A stretch of DNA of 64,000 nt from Candidatus Bathyarchaeum tardum. Lineage in GTDB: Archaea > Thermoproteota > Bathyarchaeia > Bathyarchaeales > Bathyarchaeaceae. The first letter of the stretch is position 1. Each line of letters starts with the position of its first letter. The position numbers were made by a program, and so were the translations under genes. Positions 59,191 to 64,000 of this stretch are shown piece by piece. The stretch is taken from positions 1,248,001-1,312,000 of the forward strand of contig CP122380.1 of NCBI GenBank assembly GCA_024650005.2. Reading direction: 5' to 3'. The notes beneath the pieces were generated by a model that had not been told where the DNA came from, ran no database searches, and saw only the letters and a program-made list of their open reading frames with translations.

Positions 59191-61719
59191 TTATTTGCGT
59201 TTAAGCATCCAGTATGCGCCAACACCGATTATTGCAGCAATTACTACAGCTAATATGATAGCTACTTCAGTTGTAAGGAATCCTGCTACTGGTTCTTCTG
59301 GTTCAATTGGAGTGGCTGATGTTACTGCACCTACGTTTACGTAGGTTGTTTGGGTTGATCCGTAGTATCCGCAGGAGCCTTCAAAGGTTGCAATGATTGT
59401 GTATGTGCCGTCCATAGAGGGCTTGAAACTAAAGGCATAATTTCCATAAGCATCGCTTGTGGTTGTTCCAAGGTTCATGTAACTCATGTCTGGGGCTACT
59501 GCTTCAATCTTAACGTTAACACCCACTGCATTTGCTGGACGGGGTCTGTGTTTGTAAACATAGAGCATCCATTCGCTCATGTCACCATCAGAAATTGCTG
59601 GCACACCATTGGGGAACCGCAACATTGCTTCAGGATCTTTAGTTCCTGGAGATACATCCATAACTGTTCCTTCGATGATTACTGGGTTTCCTTTTGCTGC
59701 AACTTTAGGTGAAGCTGTAACTGTTAGTTCGCTTGGGCCTTTGCCGATAGCAACGATGGTGTTGTCGTATGAGCTAAATCCAACGAGTACGCTGTCTCCG
59801 ATTATTGGTTGACCACCCCATCGGGTACCTAACCTCAAACCGTCAGTTCTCCAGACTTCGTTACCACTGTTAATATCAAGGCAGACTGTGGGTGCACCTC
59901 GGGGTTTAGGATCAATTGCAGAGTGTTCAGTGTGGAACAAATAGACCTTTCCATCAGATATGAAACCTGTTACAAGGGACCAATCGTTTCCAAACAAGAA
60001 TTCTCCGTATTCGTTGCCTCCTCTGTATTGCCAAAGCATATTTCCATTAGCTAGGTTGTATGCTGTTACAACTCCTCCAAATCCTGCGGTGATAAGTTTG
60101 TTATCGTAACAAACTGATTGACCCCAAGGATCCATGTAGACATTTGAATATGCGTTGTTGTATGGTTCAAAGGCGGTAGTTGCCCATAGTTGGTTTCCTG
60201 TTGTCATGCTGATTCCGTAGTGCAGACGTGTTTCTTTTCCAGTAATCACGAAAACATCATGTTCTACTGAGAAGGGGTGTGAACCTGCAAAGTCGTAGTG
60301 AACGCCTACCTCAGGTAATGGCCATGCTTTGTTGAATAATACTTGTCCTTCGCGTCCTGGTCTTAGGTCAACTGCCCAAATTTGTGGGTTTTGTACTGCT
60401 GCTCCTCCAGCCCATTGCATGTTGGTACCAACGACTTTGTTTAAGGGGATTACAATTTCTATTGATCCGTCCAAGTTGGTTGGGAATGATGTTGTTAATG
60501 TTGTTCCGTTTCCGGCATTAAATGTTGTTCCGATTGGTCTCCATCGACCAGCTTGGTATTCTGCAAGGGGGTTGTCGCCGTACTCAGCTAACATCATGTC
60601 GTAGTATGCTGCTGTTGTGTTCCATACGCTCATTGTTCCAGCTTGAATACTAATGGAGTAAATCATGATTTCGCCGTTTGGACCAGGCACTCGTGTTCCG
60701 CTGGGAACATTGGTCATGGTGTATTCCCATACTCCAGTTAGAGGGTCAAACGCGTGCCATGTGCTGCCTTGGGTTGCCCATATGTATGCGTAGTATCCGT
60801 GGTTGTTCATTGTGCTCCAGTATTTTAGTTCGCCAAAGCTTGGAGATAAGGTTAGACCAATGTCTTCTCCTAGGACTTTTTCCCACATCATTTCACCGGT
60901 TCGTACATTTACTGCATATGTGTATTGTAAGCCTCTAACGTATCGAACGCCAATAAGGGTTCCAGCGATGATCATTGGGTTGCTCCATTTGCCTTCGTAA
61001 GCATCTCCGTCTTCAAAGCTGTGCCAACCTGCTTCAATGCCTCCAGCTAATCCGCCTACATCTTGGACCATTTCCCATAGAATGTGGCCAGTTTCTGGGG
61101 CAGCGTTGCCGTCTGCATTTCGGTTATAGTGACCGCGTTTGTATGCTCCATCAAGCCAGCTTCCTGCAATTTGATACCATTCTCTGTTTTGTGCATCAAT
61201 TGGCCTTACCCAGTATTCGTCGGGCAAAGGAGTGTCCGGGAAGAAGTGTCGTTCTGCATCTTCAGTGACAACTAATTCAATTTCTGGGGTGTGGCTTGCT
61301 AACATTCGTGTTCCTGCTTCAAGACCTGCAACGCTGACTGTGACTTCTTGTTCTGGGAAGTTGCATACGAATTTGTATGTTCCAGCCATTGTTGGGATGA
61401 ACACTGCGCCGCCTAATCCGGTTGTGTCTGTATTGTAAGGTCCTAAAGTTTGTGTGCTTCCGTCAGGTGCTGTAACGGTTACGGTTATTCCTGTCCAGCC
61501 TGATTGTGGCCAGGCAGTTTGACGAGTAATACCGTATGACAGCAAGACTTCTTGGCCAACCCCAGCTTCGTCAGGAATTATAGACAAAACGGGAAATGAT
61601 GGCCAAGTTGTTCCTGGCTGTGCAAGGCTAGTTGGTATAACTATCAGACTGGCAGACATTGTCAAAATGACAATTAACGCCAGAGCTGGTAGGTTTATTT
61701 TTTGATTTAAAATTTTCAT
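59191..61719 (-). CDS. Large secreted PQQ-type beta-propeller surface protein (paralog B)
   Basis: Same architecture as 42717-45293 (YWVRPIDAQNREW, DAYEGKW, EHSAIDPKPRG, RFPNGVPA, TM-KRK). Confidence 0.85.
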   Translation of the reverse strand: MKILNQKINLPALALIVILTMSASLIVIPTSLAQPGTTWPSFPVLSIIPDEAGVGQEVLLSYGITRQTAWPQSGWTGITVTVTAPDGSTQTLGPYNTDTTGLGGAVFIPTMAGTYKFVCNFPEQEVTVSVAGLEAGTRMLASHTPEIELVVTEDAERHFFPDTPLPDEYWVRPIDAQNREWYQIAGSWLDGAYKRGHYNRNADGNAAPETGHILWEMVQDVGGLAGGIEAGWHSFEDGDAYEGKWSNPMIIAGTLIGVRYVRGLQYTYAVNVRTGEMMWEKVLGEDIGLTLSPSFGELKYWSTMNNHGYYAYIWATQGSTWHAFDPLTGVWEYTMTNVPSGTRVPGPNGEIMIYSISIQAGTMSVWNTTAAYYDMMLAEYGDNPLAEYQAGRWRPIGTTFNAGNGTTLTTSFPTNLDGSIEIVIPLNKVVGTNMQWAGGAAVQNPQIWAVDLRPGREGQVLFNKAWPLPEVGVHYDFAGSHPFSVEHDVFVITGKETRLHYGISMTTGNQLWATTAFEPYNNAYSNVYMDPWGQSVCYDNKLITAGFGGVVTAYNLANGNMLWQYRGGNEYGEFLFGNDWSLVTGFISDGKVYLFHTEHSAIDPKPRGAPTVCLDINSGNEVWRTDGLRLGTRWGGQPIIGDSVLVGFSSYDNTIVAIGKGPSELTVTASPKVAAKGNPVIIEGTVMDVSPGTKDPEAMLRFPNGVPAISDGDMSEWMLYVYKHRPRPANAVGVNVKIEAVAPDMSYMNLGTTTSDAYGNYAFSFKPSMDGTYTIIATFEGSCGYYGSTQTTYVNVGAVTSATPIEPEEPVAGFLTTEVAIILAVVIAAIIGVGAYWMLKRK

Positions 61720-62092
61720 TTATTCATTCCTTCAATCTTTAAATTCTGTACGTAATTAACCACATTTTTATTTAAATAATTTGCCCTACAAGTCACTTTT
61801 TTAAATTTTTTATACCACACATGATTTTTAAGTATATTTTTTAAAATAAGAAATATTTTTGGTTAATATTCAGATACAGAATAATGATTCGAAATTAAAT
61901 CAAAAACCAATAAAAACAAAACATCCTTTATTCAGTATCAAAAAAAAACAGTGCATCTTTTCCACAATAGACATTCTAAACATAGTAAAAAATATTAATT
62001 TTTATCACGTGCTTATCGTTATTTTCCATTAATTTTAGCATTAAGGAGCCTAAAAATTGTTTTTAAGGTAAAAAATGTCTAAGATAAAGAAG

Positions 62093-64000
62093 TTATACTG
62101 ATTTTTTTAGCGGGAACGTTTCAAAATTTGGAGTACAAAATCCTGAAGCATAATCAGAAATTGTTTGGGTCGAAAAGCCAAATTGGCTCAAAAGGTTAGA
62201 TGCAGCAGAATACAATAAAGAAAGATATTTTGTTAAGTCAGGGCGTGTTTTGGAGTTAATTAGTTCTTTTGGTTTTATTCGGCGTAGGTGTCGTTTGTTT
62301 GTTGCATCGGTGAAAAGGTATTTGATGCTTTTCCCTGCGTATACGTCATAGCCTTCTGTTAAGAGTTGTTTTCCAGCTATTCTTTGGCTGATGTTTTGGG
62401 AGTAATCGCTGGGTTCTTTAGAAAGGCGTTTTGTTATTATCAAGTCCCATATGGGAATTTCGTTGTTAAGGAGTTTATTCTTGTAGGCTATAATTACCTT
62501 CAGGGCGTCAGGAATTTTTTTTATGAACTCTTGGGAGCTCTCAGCAGAGGATAAGGCTTGAATCATGTCTACTTGGGCGTTGTAGACAAATTTTGGGGTG
62601 TCTCGTCTTCGGGCTTGGATGCCTCTGACTTTGATTATTCCGTCAGTTTTTACGCCATAATAACGATTCAAAACTGGAACATCAGGATGAGTTTTAGAAG
62701 GAAGAAAAACGATCCATTTGTAAAGACCACTAAAATCTAAAGGCAAATCAACTTTCTTGGAGATTTTTTCAGCTAGTTGCATATAATCTTTAGATGATGT
62801 GTTTTCTTTTTTTAGCCAAAGGGAATCTACAATTCCATGAATAACGTTAAAACCAGAATCTTCTGCAATATGAGAAGCAGTTAATAATGAATCTCGACCA
62901 TAAGCGCAAACACCCATATGTCCGTCCACAGTTCCAAATTTTGAATTTCGATAACCTAGGTAACCAAAACAAGTTACAAGAATCCACTTCAAAGCAGATT
63001 GTCTTTTATCATAAACTTCACGGAGAACTTCATCGTTGGTTTCTTTTGCCAACTTTTTGTAAAGTAGTCTCTTTTTTACTGTAAACTCTAAAACTTTAGG
63101 AACAATTCCCCTTCTTTGTTCACAAACATGAAAACCTAACTCAGGAAATCTTGAACCTGAATCAGAACAACAACTACAAAGAACGGTTTCGGCTGAAATA
63201 TTGTAGTTAGCCATCAAAGAAGGATACATCGACGAAAAATCAATCTCGCCAACTTGATCATGAATACCTATTTTTGGTTCATAGACAAAGCCACCCCGGT
63301 CACCTATCAGAAGTTGGTAAGCTGACTTGAAAGACTCCCCAACCTGTTTGTTGCGTGGAACTAAAAAACCGTCTTTTAATGCTTGATAATTTTGAAGGGC
63401 AGACATGGTTGTTCCAATGGATGACCGGGAAGCTTTATGCAAGGGCACTCTGCAGCTTCGGGCAATCTCGATCAACCCATTAAAGCCACTTTCTCGGACA
63501 ACAAAAGTGTTGTTTTCATCCACATGAATTCTGCCATAAAGTCTTCGGGTGGGAGAACGGAAATAAGTTTGACCGTAAGAAAAGTATGTTGTTCCTTTTT
63601 TTGGTTTCGCTACAAGAGGTATTTTATCTCTGCTTAAAACAAAATTATTTGAAATCTCGTTAACTGTTGCTCTTTTTGCAAGATACGGAAATATGAACGA
63701 GTCACCCCCATTAGTAAAAATTATGTCAGGATCAAAATTTCTTATCAGGTAAGCCGTGTGCAGTAACTTATAGCGTTCTGTTCCGGAATTAATGACGACT
63801 TTTTGTCCATTATCAAAAGCAACAGCTATCTCCTCAATTGGTTCATTGAAAGTTGATGGTTTGTGTTTTTGGTTTGAACTTAAGTGAAGTTCAGCGAATC
63901 TAAACGGGGGGACAGCATAGTTTACAGCTTCAACAGAATCCAAGACTTTGTAATTTAGGTTATAATTTTCGACGTTAATTTCTACAAACGCAAGAGGAAA
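62093..64000 (-). CDS. Family B DNA polymerase, PolB2-like; 5' end beyond the window
   Basis: DFSSMYPS, KWILVTCFGY, HGIVDSLW (replacing YGDTDS), NRYYG, VRGI..RRRD; frame open to base 64000. Confidence 0.88.
   Translation of the reverse strand, partial: FPLAFVEINVENYNLNYKVLDSVEAVNYAVPPFRFAELHLSSNQKHKPSTFNEPIEEIAVAFDNGQKVVINSGTERYKLLHTAYLIRNFDPDIIFTNGGDSFIFPYLAKRATVNEISNNFVLSRDKIPLVAKPKKGTTYFSYGQTYFRSPTRRLYGRIHVDENNTFVVRESGFNGLIEIARSCRVPLHKASRSSIGTTMSALQNYQALKDGFLVPRNKQVGESFKSAYQLLIGDRGGFVYEPKIGIHDQVGEIDFSSMYPSLMANYNISAETVLCSCCSDSGSRFPELGFHVCEQRRGIVPKVLEFTVKKRLLYKKLAKETNDEVLREVYDKRQSALKWILVTCFGYLGYRNSKFGTVDGHMGVCAYGRDSLLTASHIAEDSGFNVIHGIVDSLWLKKENTSSKDYMQLAEKISKKVDLPLDFSGLYKWIVFLPSKTHPDVPVLNRYYGVKTDGIIKVRGIQARRRDTPKFVYNAQVDMIQALSSAESSQEFIKKIPDALKVIIAYKNKLLNNEIPIWDLIITKRLSKEPSDYSQNISQRIAGKQLLTEGYDVYAGKSIKYLFTDATNKRHLRRIKPKELINSKTRPDLTKYLSLLYSAASNLLSQFGFSTQTISDYASGFCTPNFETFPLKKSV

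Noticed and set aside
1-64000. CRISPR array, cas genes, transposases
   Set aside because: No regularly spaced repeats or recognisable Cas or transposase motifs seen.

Overview
Archaeal chromosomal window, most consistent with Bathyarchaeia (inferred from ftr, a thaumarchaeosortase-like protein, PolB2, large PQQ-type beta-propeller surface paralogs and GGAGGTGA ribosome-binding sites). Core genes: msrB, ftr, rnhB, cutA, pelota, dnaG, tyrS, map, trpS, pheST, polB2, tRNA-Pro, tRNA-Trp, 5S rRNA. Accessory blocks: a triple-nucleotidyltransferase cluster; dtxR-feoAB; an Mrp/NifX/MinD-ferredoxin/DUF134 cluster; an AT-rich signalling island (about 26.6-38.8 kb) with a repeated TGYGA-N14-TCRCA operator; and a decayed ~2-kb integrated element carrying DUF3800 plus a structured RNA. 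The most striking signals are RNA-level. (1) A tRNA-Trp(CCA) gene is split by four bulge-helix-bulge (BHB) introns and reconstructs exactly to a 77-nt tRNA. (2) A conserved ~120-nt element with covarying structure, closed by a BHB splice motif, lies downstream of both beta-propeller paralogs and is predicted to release 96/97-nt (probably circular) RNAs. (3) There is a two-hairpin H/ACA guide RNA. All calls were made by eye; no database search was run.
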